A stretch of 64,000 nucleotides of DNA from an uncultured Alphaproteobacteria bacterium (lineage in GTDB: Bacteria > Pseudomonadota > Alphaproteobacteria > Rhodobacterales > Rhodobacteraceae), in NCBI GenBank assembly GCA_902537215.1, contig CACBAM010000001.1, positions 121,100-185,099 on the forward strand. The letters are read 5' to 3'. Made by a program: the position numbers and the translations under genes. Positions 18,876 through 27,979 of this stretch are shown one piece after another; within the stretch, counting starts at the first letter, position 1; every line of letters starts with the position of its first letter. The notes beneath the pieces were generated by a model. The model worked only from the letters and a program-made list of their open reading frames with translations. It was not told the origin of the DNA and searched no databases.

Positions 18876-19703
18876 TTACCTAGATTTTAGAAGTTGCTTC
18901 ATTACTTCGTGAACGGATTTAACATTAGGTAAAAAGAAGTTGGCCTTACTTCTTTTATGATTTCCAACACGAACTGACCAGCCACCTTTCTTGTTGACAG
19001 TTTCAAAACCATCCTCATCGGTTTCATCATCACCGATAAAAATAGGTCTCCGTTTTATAAAAGGTTTAGTTCTCATAAAATATGAAATTGCTGTTCCTTT
19101 ATTGTGGCTTAGGGGTTTAACTTCCAAAACTTCCTTTCCTTTTAGTAAAGTTAAACTACGGTCACGTTTCGTGAGCTCCATTATAATTCTATCGATTTCT
19201 TTCCTGTCGATTGTTGAATTCCGAAAATGAATAGTTAAACTTGAACCCTTATTTTCAATCTCAATATTTTTTTTTCCATTAAGTAATTCTTCAATTTTAT
19301 GGGCAATTCTCTTTATGTTTCCAGTATTGGCCTGGTACTCCTTAATTCGGAGTGCATCTCTCAATTGTGCTCCGTGGTTCCCAGCAAAAGAAATTTTATT
19401 TTTGTCGAAAAGCCTATCTAGGTCATCTAAAGTTCTGCCACTTATAAGGCCTAACGCACCTTGAAGTCTATTACGGATGGTGTGCAGTTTTTTCTGCAAT
19501 CTAAAACAAGGTTTTATCAAGCTTGGACTATTCTCAATCTCATAGAGAGTGCCATCAACGTCTAGGAATAGAGCAACTTGTTGACAATCTTTCGGAAGTA
19601 AATTTACAGAGAATGGTGACGACACGTTTAAGGGTTCGTTTATTTGTTTAAAAAGGTGTAATCTATAAGCCTTATGGATACACGCAGTTGATCTAGCACT
19701 CAA
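18876..19703 (-). CDS. otsB: trehalose-6-phosphate phosphatase (HAD)
   Basis: LFLDVDGTL (HAD motif I), ISGRTLDDL, GDDETDEDGF. Lies immediately upstream of otsA. The start is uncertain (TTG). Confidence 0.8.
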   Translation of the reverse strand: MSARSTACIHKAYRLHLFKQINEPLNVSSPFSVNLLPKDCQQVALFLDVDGTLYEIENSPSLIKPCFRLQKKLHTIRNRLQGALGLISGRTLDDLDRLFDKNKISFAGNHGAQLRDALRIKEYQANTGNIKRIAHKIEELLNGKKNIEIENKGSSLTIHFRNSTIDRKEIDRIIMELTKRDRSLTLLKGKEVLEVKPLSHNKGTAISYFMRTKPFIKRRPIFIGDDETDEDGFETVNKKGGWSVRVGNHKRSKANFFLPNVKSVHEVMKQLLKSR

Positions 19704-19829
19704 AAAGCAAAGAAATGTAAAATAAGCAAGTCATATTTAGAGTATTTACAAAATTTATTTCTTGCAATAATTACGTTACGTAAACCTTATATTTTATCCA
19801 TTGGTGTATATCAATGGAAGTGATTTAAC

Positions 19830-19974
19830 GGTTAGCTTCTCAATTTTCAGCAATGGTACATTAGATAAAACCTGTATATTTTGTTATCAGGTCTTTTATA
19901 ACCCTTTAAAATAGTTCTTATCCTTCTCATATTTCTTATGTGTTATCGAGAAAATCACAAAAGCTATTGTCAAA
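19830..19974 (-). repeat. unit U2: nearly erased tRNA part plus well-preserved arm
   Basis: GGTACATTAGATAAAACCTG resembles GGTACACGGGATCAAAACCCG. The arm shares a 62-nt identical block with U3. Confidence 0.7.
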
Positions 19975-20060
19975 TCGACTTTTTAGTCTATCTCGATTTC
20001 TGTAACTAGAGGGTTTTGAGACATCGCCTCAGAAATAAGATTAAAAATTTCCTCTAAATA

Positions 20061-21569
20061 ATGATAAAAAAGATGGATTTAAAAATACTGTTTAAAAACG
20101 TCGCCGCATATATTGTCTTGGTGAAGAAATGTAAATTTATCGCAGCTATTTTTGCTGTTTATTTAAGTGTAGCTGAAAACAATCTTGCAGCTAATGCGCA
20201 GTTTTTTCAAAACATTACCGATAAAATAGAAAATAACGTACCGAGATTATCTTATGGCGTGGCCGTAACAGATTTTAACGATGATGGAAAAATGGAGTTT
20301 ATAGTTACAGGGTTTCGGTATCCTAATCTCGCACTGAGCTATGAGAATGGTTCATATACAAATATTAATTCTAGTAGACTATTTGCTGATGAAAAAAGGG
20401 CATCGATTGGAGTTGTTGCTTGTGATGTAGATCAGGATGGATATGAAGAAATTTATTTCTTGAATACCGACACTTATAGTGGAACGAAAAAATATTCAGA
20501 TCGTCTAATAGATGCGGACGAAACGATTTACGATATTTTCAGTTTTAAAAAAAATCAGGCAAACTTGAATCTTACGGCCGGTAGGTCGGTGGCTTGCGTT
20601 GATAGACATGGCAACGGTAACTATGGAATTTATGTCTCCAACTATGGGGGTCCAACAAGATTTTACGAGCTGAAAAGCGATATTATCCAAGATATCGCAC
20701 CTTCGCTTGGAATAAATGCTACGACCGGTGGTCGTGCTGTAGTAGCAGGGCATATTCTATCAGGAAAAGTCGATATTTTTGCTGCGAATGAACGGGGACC
20801 TAACTTTTTACTGATGAACAAGGGCGGCACATACACTGACAAAGCTTTGGAGTACGGTATCGATGATACTCTCCAAAATGGGAGAGGAACGGCTCTATCA
20901 GATATTGGTTATAATGGGAGCTTAGACCTTATTACAGGAAATTGGAATGGTTTTCATAGAATATACACTCATGCAAACAACACCTTCGTCGATACAGCGT
21001 CTTTAAATTTTAGACAACCTTCTAAAATAAGAACGGTTATATCCGCTGATTTTGATAACGATGGTTTTGATGAGATATTTTTGAACAATATCGGTCAACC
21101 AAATAAATTATTTAGAGTTCTAGATAACAATAAACTCGAACAGTTGGAATTGACGAATGCTCTAGAAAAGAAAGGTCTGGGCACTGGTGGAGCAGTAGCC
21201 GATTTAAACGGTGACGGAATTTTGGAGCTACTGATCGCTCATGGTGAAAGTGCTCCTGAACCATTAAGCCTTTTTTCAGCTAACGTTAAGGACGATTTTC
21301 AATATTTAAGAATAGAACCTAGAAACTCTTACGATGCACCAGCAAGAGGTGCTACCGTAACACTTAAGACAAATTTCAGAACCCATGCTAAAACTATAGA
21401 TGCAGGCTCTGGCTATTTATGCCAGATGGAACCAGTAGCTCATTTTGGAATCCGTAAAAATGAAGAGATTGAGTACATTCAGATAAATTGGACTGACGGT
21501 CAAAAATCAAAATACAAAATTGAAAAGCTGAACCATCAATATGTTTTCAACCAAGGTAAAACAAATTGA
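20061..21569 (+). CDS. secreted FG-GAP/VCBS repeat protein with ASPIC/UnbV-like C-terminus (CRTAC1 family)
   Basis: Repeated D.D.DG motifs (TDFNDDGKME, CDVDQDGYEE, ADFDNDGFDE, ADLNGDGILE). C-terminal GATVTLKT...DAGSGYLCQMEPVAHFGI. N-terminal signal or anchor. Confidence 0.75.
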   Translation: MIKKMDLKILFKNVAAYIVLVKKCKFIAAIFAVYLSVAENNLAANAQFFQNITDKIENNVPRLSYGVAVTDFNDDGKMEFIVTGFRYPNLALSYENGSYTNINSSRLFADEKRASIGVVACDVDQDGYEEIYFLNTDTYSGTKKYSDRLIDADETIYDIFSFKKNQANLNLTAGRSVACVDRHGNGNYGIYVSNYGGPTRFYELKSDIIQDIAPSLGINATTGGRAVVAGHILSGKVDIFAANERGPNFLLMNKGGTYTDKALEYGIDDTLQNGRGTALSDIGYNGSLDLITGNWNGFHRIYTHANNTFVDTASLNFRQPSKIRTVISADFDNDGFDEIFLNNIGQPNKLFRVLDNNKLEQLELTNALEKKGLGTGGAVADLNGDGILELLIAHGESAPEPLSLFSANVKDDFQYLRIEPRNSYDAPARGATVTLKTNFRTHAKTIDAGSGYLCQMEPVAHFGIRKNEEIEYIQINWTDGQKSKYKIEKLNHQYVFNQGKTN

Positions 21570-21570
21570 T

Positions 21571-22278
21571 ATGACCAGGTATATTTCCACACTTTTTGTC
21601 ATGTGCTTAATAATCCCCCCAATAAGCTTAGGAGAGTCTCGAAGTTCTGATAGTTTAAAATTGACACGTTATTATGAAGAGTTACGAGCAGATTGGGGGA
21701 AAATATTTCCGAACAAAAACAGAAATGCTGGCGGTGCTCTATTTTTTAAATATATTTTAGATAATTCAAATTCTAGAGATGAGTTTTTTGAGAAGAATAA
21801 GATGTATTGTAGTGTCTCTGGGTCACTTGTACGGCCAGGTTCTCAACCTGAATTTGTTTCTGTCAGAGGCCACGATGAAGAATTAATTTGCGGCTCGCTT
21901 TACAGATGTTGTTGGCCCTGCTCTTGTGATGTGATGAAATTTGTTCAGGTGCAGGCCCTCGAAAAAACATTTGATGATAAGACGGAATTAATCAACGTAT
22001 TAACAATCAAAAACCCATGTGAAAAACCAGATTTTCCTGAAGAGGTCGATAGAGAGTCCATTTGTGTGGGCACCTCACTAAATAAAAAACGAGTGACTGA
22101 AATAAATGGAAGGCTTGTAGTTGGAGTGCTATTCGAAAGCAAAATCTGTTCACCTAAGGACATTGAAAAGATAAATAGAGAAGTTATAACAGGAAGCTAC
22201 TGTCCACTTAGAAATAATACACCACTCAAAGAGGTCAGGGGAGGTATGGGGGACATTTTCATAAAAATGGCTAATTAG
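21571..22278 (+). CDS. secreted Cys-rich hypothetical protein (weak YHS-like segment)
   Basis: Signal peptide MTRYISTLFVMCLIIPPISLG. YCSVSGSLV...CGSLYRCCWPCSCDV. ATG lies 1 nt after the upstream stop. Confidence 0.45.
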   Translation: MTRYISTLFVMCLIIPPISLGESRSSDSLKLTRYYEELRADWGKIFPNKNRNAGGALFFKYILDNSNSRDEFFEKNKMYCSVSGSLVRPGSQPEFVSVRGHDEELICGSLYRCCWPCSCDVMKFVQVQALEKTFDDKTELINVLTIKNPCEKPDFPEEVDRESICVGTSLNKKRVTEINGRLVVGVLFESKICSPKDIEKINREVITGSYCPLRNNTPLKEVRGGMGDIFIKMAN

Positions 22279-22336
22279 ATTTTTATTTGATTTTGCTTTG
22301 AAAATTGATCACTTACCGTGCATGTTTAGCAATAAT

Positions 22337-22494
22337 TGGCTGGACTGATAGGATAGCAACCTACGGTACACGGGATCAAAACCCGTAGATATTGTTATCA
22401 GAAGTTATCAGGTTTCCTATGACCCTTTAAAATAGTTCTTATCCTTCTCATATTTCTTATGTGTTATCGAGAAAATCACAAAAACTGTTGTCAA
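22337..22494 (-). repeat. unit U3: tRNA-Gln 3'-half copy (6 mismatches) plus arm
   Basis: TGGCTGGACTGATAGGATAGCAACCTACGGTACACGGGATCAAAACCCG followed by the arm. Confidence 0.85.
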
Positions 22495-22577
22495 TAATCT
22501 TTAATTAATGGGATTATTCCTAAGGAAAGGTATAGAGATCACCTTGTTGAAACTTTTTTGAAGAAGATAGGTCAAAT

Positions 22578-23003
22578 ATGAAACATGAGAAAATTACATC
22601 AGAAAATGTAACGGAAAAATACGAGTATATTTTTGCAGATTGGGTAAAAGAATTAAACATTGAGTTTTGTGAGGTTCGAGAGCGTTATGTGAAAGCAAAG
22701 TTTAAAAATAAAGCTAAGTTTAGATTTTTTTCCGGAGCAGTTTGCGGTCAAGTTTTAATGGCTGTAGTAGATACGGTAATGTCAGTGACGATGGGAACAA
22801 CCGAAACTGCTGTTAGAGGTACATTATCTCAAAATAATAATTTTGTTAAACCTGCTACAGCAGATTTTTTTTATGTGGAGTGCTCTCTACAAAAAACTGG
22901 AAAATCTATAGCAATTGGAGAAACAAAAATATTTTCAGGCGACAACAAAGACTTGATCTGTCACTCTACCTCAATTTATCCAGTTAATAGTTTAAAAACA
23001 TAA
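22578..23003 (+). CDS. hotdog-fold (PaaI-like) thioesterase family protein
   Basis: 141 aa. The pattern G.V.GQVLMAVVDTVMS fits PaaI/DUF4442-type hotdog proteins. Confidence 0.5.
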   Translation: MKHEKITSENVTEKYEYIFADWVKELNIEFCEVRERYVKAKFKNKAKFRFFSGAVCGQVLMAVVDTVMSVTMGTTETAVRGTLSQNNNFVKPATADFFYVECSLQKTGKSIAIGETKIFSGDNKDLICHSTSIYPVNSLKT

Positions 23004-23034
23004 TGAATTTCTTTAAAAGCACCTAGTAGATAAT

Positions 23035-23185
23035 GTCGCAGGTTTCAAACCTACGGCACACGGAATCAAAAACCCCAAAATAATATTAAGAGGAGTTATT
23101 AGTTTTCTCACGATCTTCTAACATTGTTCTCATCCTTTTCATGCTCCTATTTAGTTATCAGGAAAATCATGAAAACTGTTATCAA
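23035..23185 (-). repeat. unit U4: diverged tRNA-Gln 3'-half copy plus arm
   Basis: GTCGCAGGTTTCAAACCTACGGCACACGGAATCAAAAACCCC, then an arm ending GTTATCAGGAAAATCATGAAAACTGTTATCAA. It overlaps the stop codon of the 23182 gene. Confidence 0.75.
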
Positions 23186-24000
23186 ATTTTCTCAGCGGTA
23201 ACTATTCGGTAAGGAAAAGGCATATTAACAATTCCGTCAATCTCGAACTCTTTAAATCTCTCAATAAGCTTTGACTCAATGCTAGGTATCTTTTTGGGAT
23301 CTTGAGAGTCTAACAAGCCTTTAGATCTTACCGCAACTTCTCTGTACATTTGTGGAATTGAATTTGCAGGCACTCCCAAATTAAAGACATTATTTACAGC
23401 TTCGAAATTTGTCATTACAAGACCTTGAGAAGAAAGCCGTTCTGATGCTCGGTGCTGATCACTAAAATCATCGATGGGAGGTGCTGTTGGCAATCCTACA
23501 TCATAGCTTCCTAACTCACCTATTGTTTCAGCAAGCGTTCCAAAAAACGGAGATTCTTGGACTGGGGCCCAAACAGTGAATACAAAACGTCCATTTTGTT
23601 TCAATACGCGTCTCACTTCTTTTATCGCTCTGTCGGGGTGAGCAAAATGTAACATTCCAAAAGTGCATAAAATTTTTGTAAAGCTACTGTCTCCATACTG
23701 AAGGTTTTCAGCATCAGCTTGTTCAAAATTGAGATTTGGATTTTGCTTTCGTGCCTCAAGCACCATAGCTTCAGCAAAATCAGTACCCACTACATTTTGT
23801 GTTATTTTTGCTATTTCATTTGTTCCATAACCTGGTCCAGATGCAAGCTCCAATACAATATCATCTCTTGAAAGGGTCAAAGCATTTACTGCTTTCGGTA
23901 TGATATTCTTGGCATTTGCACTAGCCCATTTATCATAGGTAGATGCCCTCTCTTCCCAACCATTCTTTTCAAAGTTTTTGAAATCTTCAAATTCAGTCAT
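23182..24000 (-). CDS. class I SAM-dependent methyltransferase
   Basis: VLELASGPGYGTNEIA (motif I) with the Methyltransf_11-like layout. 272 aa. Confidence 0.8.
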   Translation of the reverse strand: MTEFEDFKNFEKNGWEERASTYDKWASANAKNIIPKAVNALTLSRDDIVLELASGPGYGTNEIAKITQNVVGTDFAEAMVLEARKQNPNLNFEQADAENLQYGDSSFTKILCTFGMLHFAHPDRAIKEVRRVLKQNGRFVFTVWAPVQESPFFGTLAETIGELGSYDVGLPTAPPIDDFSDQHRASERLSSQGLVMTNFEAVNNVFNLGVPANSIPQMYREVAVRSKGLLDSQDPKKIPSIESKLIERFKEFEIDGIVNMPFPYRIVTAEKI

Positions 24001-24180
24001 TTTTATTCAACGGCTTTTTAATGCTTTTACGTTTTTTGATTAGCGAAGCAGACTATGTCAAAATAACACTTCAAAAGGCAGAGTCAAAAAAAAATGTTTA
24101 TCTAGTATGCCTAAAAGATTCTTGTCAAAAGGTCCAAAGATATCAACCATAAAATTATTGGGTTTGAGCAATTTAGAAAA

Positions 24181-24350
24181 TGGCTGGGGTGGTAGGATTC
24201 GAACCTACGGTACACGGGATCAAAACCCGTGGATATTGTTATCAGGAGTTATCAAAATTCGCATAACCCTTTAAAATAGTTCTTATCCTTCTCATGCTTC
24301 TTATGCGTTATCAGGAAAATCACGAAAACTGTTGTCAAAAGTGTTGTCAA
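24181..24350 (-). repeat. unit U5: perfect 49-nt tRNA-Gln 3' copy plus 121-nt arm
   Basis: 24181..24229 is identical to 30945..30993. The arm carries GTTATCAGG, GTTATCAAA, GTTATCAGG, GTTGTCAA and GTTGTCAA. Confidence 0.9.
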
Positions 24351-24494
24351 CAACTAGCATTTCCGTAATAGTTTCTAAAGTGAACTAAATCAAGGAACAG
24401 TCGATGGCGTTCTTAAATTTATTTTCTATAGATATAAACTACCTGATCTTGTTTCGCTGGTCAGGCATGCTCTCGATTATACAGATTGTCGCCC

Positions 24495-25856
24495 ATGAGT
24501 AAGTCAAGTGACATTGCTGACCTATTTGACCATCTGGAATTAAACGATGCTTTCCTTGCCGCGCAATACCCTGCTGATATCGAGGATTTTTGTAAAGTTT
24601 ATCCAGAAAAAGTTATTGGGTTAGCCCTAGTTGGCCCAAATGAAACAAATAGCTCAGCTTTTGAAATTATTGCTGAAAGAATATTGATGATAAATAGTGA
24701 GCATGGACCTACCAAGACGGCAGCAAATGATTTTAAAAAGGATTTAAAAAAGGCAAGTACCTATGAAATAAAAAACTATGAAATACTTCCGTGGTCAGAT
24801 ATTTCCATAGATCACCCCAAACAATTATTCGAAAGTCTTTCGAACTTTTTTGGATCTATGGGTCAAAAAAAAAATGCATTTGCAAAATCCAAAGTGGGCG
24901 GAAAATTCAAAGACACTTACTTTTCAATTGAAGGATGTGGACCTCCTCTAATTCTTTTCCCATTCACTCTGTCGGCAGCACAATGGAAACCTATAATACC
25001 ATTACTGGCAGAAAAATTTACAGTAATCACTTTAAGTGGGCCTAATTTAGGTTTTATTCCAGTTTTGGAAAGTCGTGCAGCGCTACCAACTTATCAAACT
25101 ATGATTTCATCATTGGTATCAATAATGAATATTACACCAAATGGAAAAATTTTAGAATTGGGTTGTGGGACTGGTGCTCTATGTCGTCAAGTTTTAAACT
25201 TAAGACCAGACCTTTCTGTGACCGGGGTTGATATAAATACCTACTTGTTGAATGGAGCTATCCAAATCGCTGAAAATGAAGATTTGTATGTTAATAATTA
25301 TATTGATGAGAAAGAATTTACAGTGAAGAATTTTTCTGAAGCTGGTGAATTAAACTTCGCTTACAGTGACGCCATCGATATACCCTTTCCTGATAACTTT
25401 TTTGATGCTGTTTATTCTGTAACTGTCTTGGAGGAATGTGATGCAGATAAAGCAATAAAAGAAATAGTGAGGGTAGTCAAACCAGGAGGACCTATAGGAA
25501 TAATTGTAAGAGCTATTGATATGCCCCAGTGGTTTAACTTCGATATAACTGGCGAATTAGAGCATAAGTTAAATATTCCCCTTCAATTAAAAAGTACTTA
25601 TGGCATTGCTGATAAATCACTTTATGACCAGATGCGCAAAAACGGACTTCATGAATCGATTAACTTTCCAAGCATGGTAGCTGTGCCCAGAGGCAAAAAC
25701 AAAAATTTATTTGAGTGGTTTCTGAGACGTACGCGACAAACTTTGAATGAAGATGAGAAAATTGAACTGGATGATGAGCTGAAAAAAATTTCTGATAAAT
25801 CTAACCTGATATACTCTATGCCATTTCACTGCTCAGTAGGTTGGAAGCAATATTAA
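24495..25856 (+). CDS. two-domain protein: degenerate alpha/beta-hydrolase-like N-domain plus class I SAM methyltransferase domain
   Basis: ILELGCGTGALCRQVL and VVKPGGPIG methyltransferase motifs. The N-terminal half has GCGPPLILFPF...FTVITLSGPNLG. The start is either ATG 24495 or TTG 24486. Confidence 0.65.
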   Translation: MSKSSDIADLFDHLELNDAFLAAQYPADIEDFCKVYPEKVIGLALVGPNETNSSAFEIIAERILMINSEHGPTKTAANDFKKDLKKASTYEIKNYEILPWSDISIDHPKQLFESLSNFFGSMGQKKNAFAKSKVGGKFKDTYFSIEGCGPPLILFPFTLSAAQWKPIIPLLAEKFTVITLSGPNLGFIPVLESRAALPTYQTMISSLVSIMNITPNGKILELGCGTGALCRQVLNLRPDLSVTGVDINTYLLNGAIQIAENEDLYVNNYIDEKEFTVKNFSEAGELNFAYSDAIDIPFPDNFFDAVYSVTVLEECDADKAIKEIVRVVKPGGPIGIIVRAIDMPQWFNFDITGELEHKLNIPLQLKSTYGIADKSLYDQMRKNGLHESINFPSMVAVPRGKNKNLFEWFLRRTRQTLNEDEKIELDDELKKISDKSNLIYSMPFHCSVGWKQY

Positions 25857-25909
25857 TGATACGCTTATAAAGACAAAAGCTACAAAACCACAAGGCTAAT
25901 TTTAGTAAT

Positions 25910-25940
25910 TGGCTGGGGTGGTGGGACTAGAACCTAAGGC
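25910..25940 (-). repeat. unit U6: truncated tRNA-Gln 3'-end remnant (no arm)
   Basis: TGGCTGGGGTGGTGGGACTAGAACCTAAGG matches the acceptor and T-arm part only. Confidence 0.7.
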
Positions 25941-25962
25941 TCTATAATGATAACTCTTGAAA

Positions 25963-27699
25963 TTATTTTTCAAAGAATGGTTTATATTCCCAATGAGTTT
26001 CAAAGAGATCTGGATCAGAGTAACCCTCAAAATTTTGAAATGAATAACCTGTTGGGCCTGTATAGTAAATAGTCCACTCTTTAAGCCATGCGTTCAACGG
26101 AGAAATCTTTTTAAACTGAAGTCCTCCCATGTTTAGAAAAATCCAGCCACCATGTTTATCCTGCGTAGGAGTATCGCAGTACATATCCATCAAACCATCG
26201 TTATTAACATCAATTAACTTGGTGCTACCGCAATATGAATTCCATCTATTACTTTCAGACTTAATATCTTTCTTCCAGGCTTTTACAGAAGTCCAGCTCT
26301 TTTTTCCTGAAATCATTGGAATTTGATCTGCGATGGTAAATTTACCCTCCCCATTATTAGACCAAATAGTGTGAGTTCCTCCAGCGTAAAGTGGGCCTAC
26401 GGTGGTTCCCGCTATATCTAGATCCCCATCTCCATCAAAGTCCCATGATACTAGATCTACGATGTGTGATAGTAAATATCCCGATCCATAAATGTCATAC
26501 GCTGGTGGAATTTTTTTCCAACCTGTTTTAAAACTTCCTTTACCATCCCCAAACAGAACTACGGTATTATTGTGTTTCTTACTACTATTATGTGAATACA
26601 ATTTTTTTTCAAACCAACCTCCACTAGCTATTAAATCAACTATTCCATCACCGTTGTAATCACCGCTCGTCACGGCAAAAGCAAATTGGTCAGCACACTG
26701 TTTTACAGTAAAGTTCCCAGCACCATCATTAAAATGGCAATATATCTTGCCCCCGCCTTTTGTATTTTCCCATTTAATATGGGGAGTTACCACATCTAAG
26801 TCCCCATCATGATCAATATCATTCACCGTAACGCCATGTGAAAAACCTTGGTATAGCCCTGTTTTTTCATCTACGAAAGCTCCCTTTTCCTTCACATGCT
26901 TCCAACCTTTGTCATTAGAAATGAAAACTATATCTGCTCCCCCATGATAAAACTTTCCTTTGTAAGTGTGGCCAAAAGCACTTGGGCAAAATACGTCATC
27001 TATTCCGTCATTGTTAAAATCGGCTAGTACCGGTCTCTGACAATTTCTACCCATAGAGGTATTATGCTCAAAAGCATTGATAACGGTTTCGTCTCGTTCA
27101 TTAATACTTACTGAAAATGCAGTAAAATTTAAGTAACGGTCATTACCACTTTTTAGTTCGCACAACGGGACACCTATAGATGTGAGGGTATAGCCATTAG
27201 GACAAACTTCCATCTCATAAGACATGAGTAAATCTTGGCGACCGTCATTATTCAAATTTCCGAATGCCATATGATTTATGTAGAATACCTCTCTATTTTC
27301 AGATGCATTTTTTCTTTGAAATAGATCAGAGGGTAAAAAATATGGTGAGTTTGAGTCCGGTATTATTTTCGATTGATTTGAAATAAAGTTTCCAAAAAAG
27401 TGTACCTTTAATTTATTTTTCGTTTCCTCAATTTTTGGAATTCCTAAACTTATCACTGAAGTTTTTAACTCTATCAATTCATTATCGTCAATGGTTCCAT
27501 CGAACACTTTGTTATTGTCGGCATAATATTTATTTAATGCCTTTATTGTATTTTTTCCTTTTATCCCGTCTTCTGTTCCGGCTGCATAACCTAATTGATT
27601 GAGCATATATTGGCTACCTCGAACGTATGAATTAGAGTTCGCTGCCATGCTTTGAAAAAATATAAATAAGGCTATTACTAAAGTCTTGATAATTTTCAT
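25963..27699 (-). CDS. secreted peptidoglycan-binding-domain plus FG-GAP/VCBS repeat protein
   Basis: Signal peptide. PG_binding_1-like LNQLGYAAGTEDGIKGKNTIKAL. Repeats ADFNNDGIDD, NDIDHDGDLD, GDYNGDGIVD, WDFDGDGDLD, IDVNNDGLMD. Confidence 0.7.
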   Translation of the reverse strand: MKIIKTLVIALFIFFQSMAANSNSYVRGSQYMLNQLGYAAGTEDGIKGKNTIKALNKYYADNNKVFDGTIDDNELIELKTSVISLGIPKIEETKNKLKVHFFGNFISNQSKIIPDSNSPYFLPSDLFQRKNASENREVFYINHMAFGNLNNDGRQDLLMSYEMEVCPNGYTLTSIGVPLCELKSGNDRYLNFTAFSVSINERDETVINAFEHNTSMGRNCQRPVLADFNNDGIDDVFCPSAFGHTYKGKFYHGGADIVFISNDKGWKHVKEKGAFVDEKTGLYQGFSHGVTVNDIDHDGDLDVVTPHIKWENTKGGGKIYCHFNDGAGNFTVKQCADQFAFAVTSGDYNGDGIVDLIASGGWFEKKLYSHNSSKKHNNTVVLFGDGKGSFKTGWKKIPPAYDIYGSGYLLSHIVDLVSWDFDGDGDLDIAGTTVGPLYAGGTHTIWSNNGEGKFTIADQIPMISGKKSWTSVKAWKKDIKSESNRWNSYCGSTKLIDVNNDGLMDMYCDTPTQDKHGGWIFLNMGGLQFKKISPLNAWLKEWTIYYTGPTGYSFQNFEGYSDPDLFETHWEYKPFFEK

Positions 27700-27803
27700 C
27701 AGACGATTGCTCCTGGCGAAAAAAGTAGCTTAGAAATTTCTCTATGTAAATAGCAAGGCAGATATTGAAATATCAATCTTACCCTCACAGAAAAAAGTAT
27801 AAG

Positions 27804-27974
27804 TGGCTGGGGTGGTAGGATTCGAACCTACGGTACACGGGATCAAAACCCGTGGATATTGTTATCAGGAGTTATCAGGATTCTCATAAGACCTTTAAAA
27901 TAGTTCTTATGCTTCTCGTGCTTCTGATGCGTTATCAGGAAAATCACGAAAAGTGTTGTCAAAATTGTTGTCAA
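27804..27974 (-). repeat. unit U7: perfect 49-nt tRNA-Gln 3' copy plus 122-nt arm
   Basis: 27804..27852 is identical to 30945..30993. GTTATCA occurs at 27861, 27871 and 27931; GTTGTCA at 27955 and 27967. Confidence 0.9.
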
Positions 27975-27979
27975 TATTC

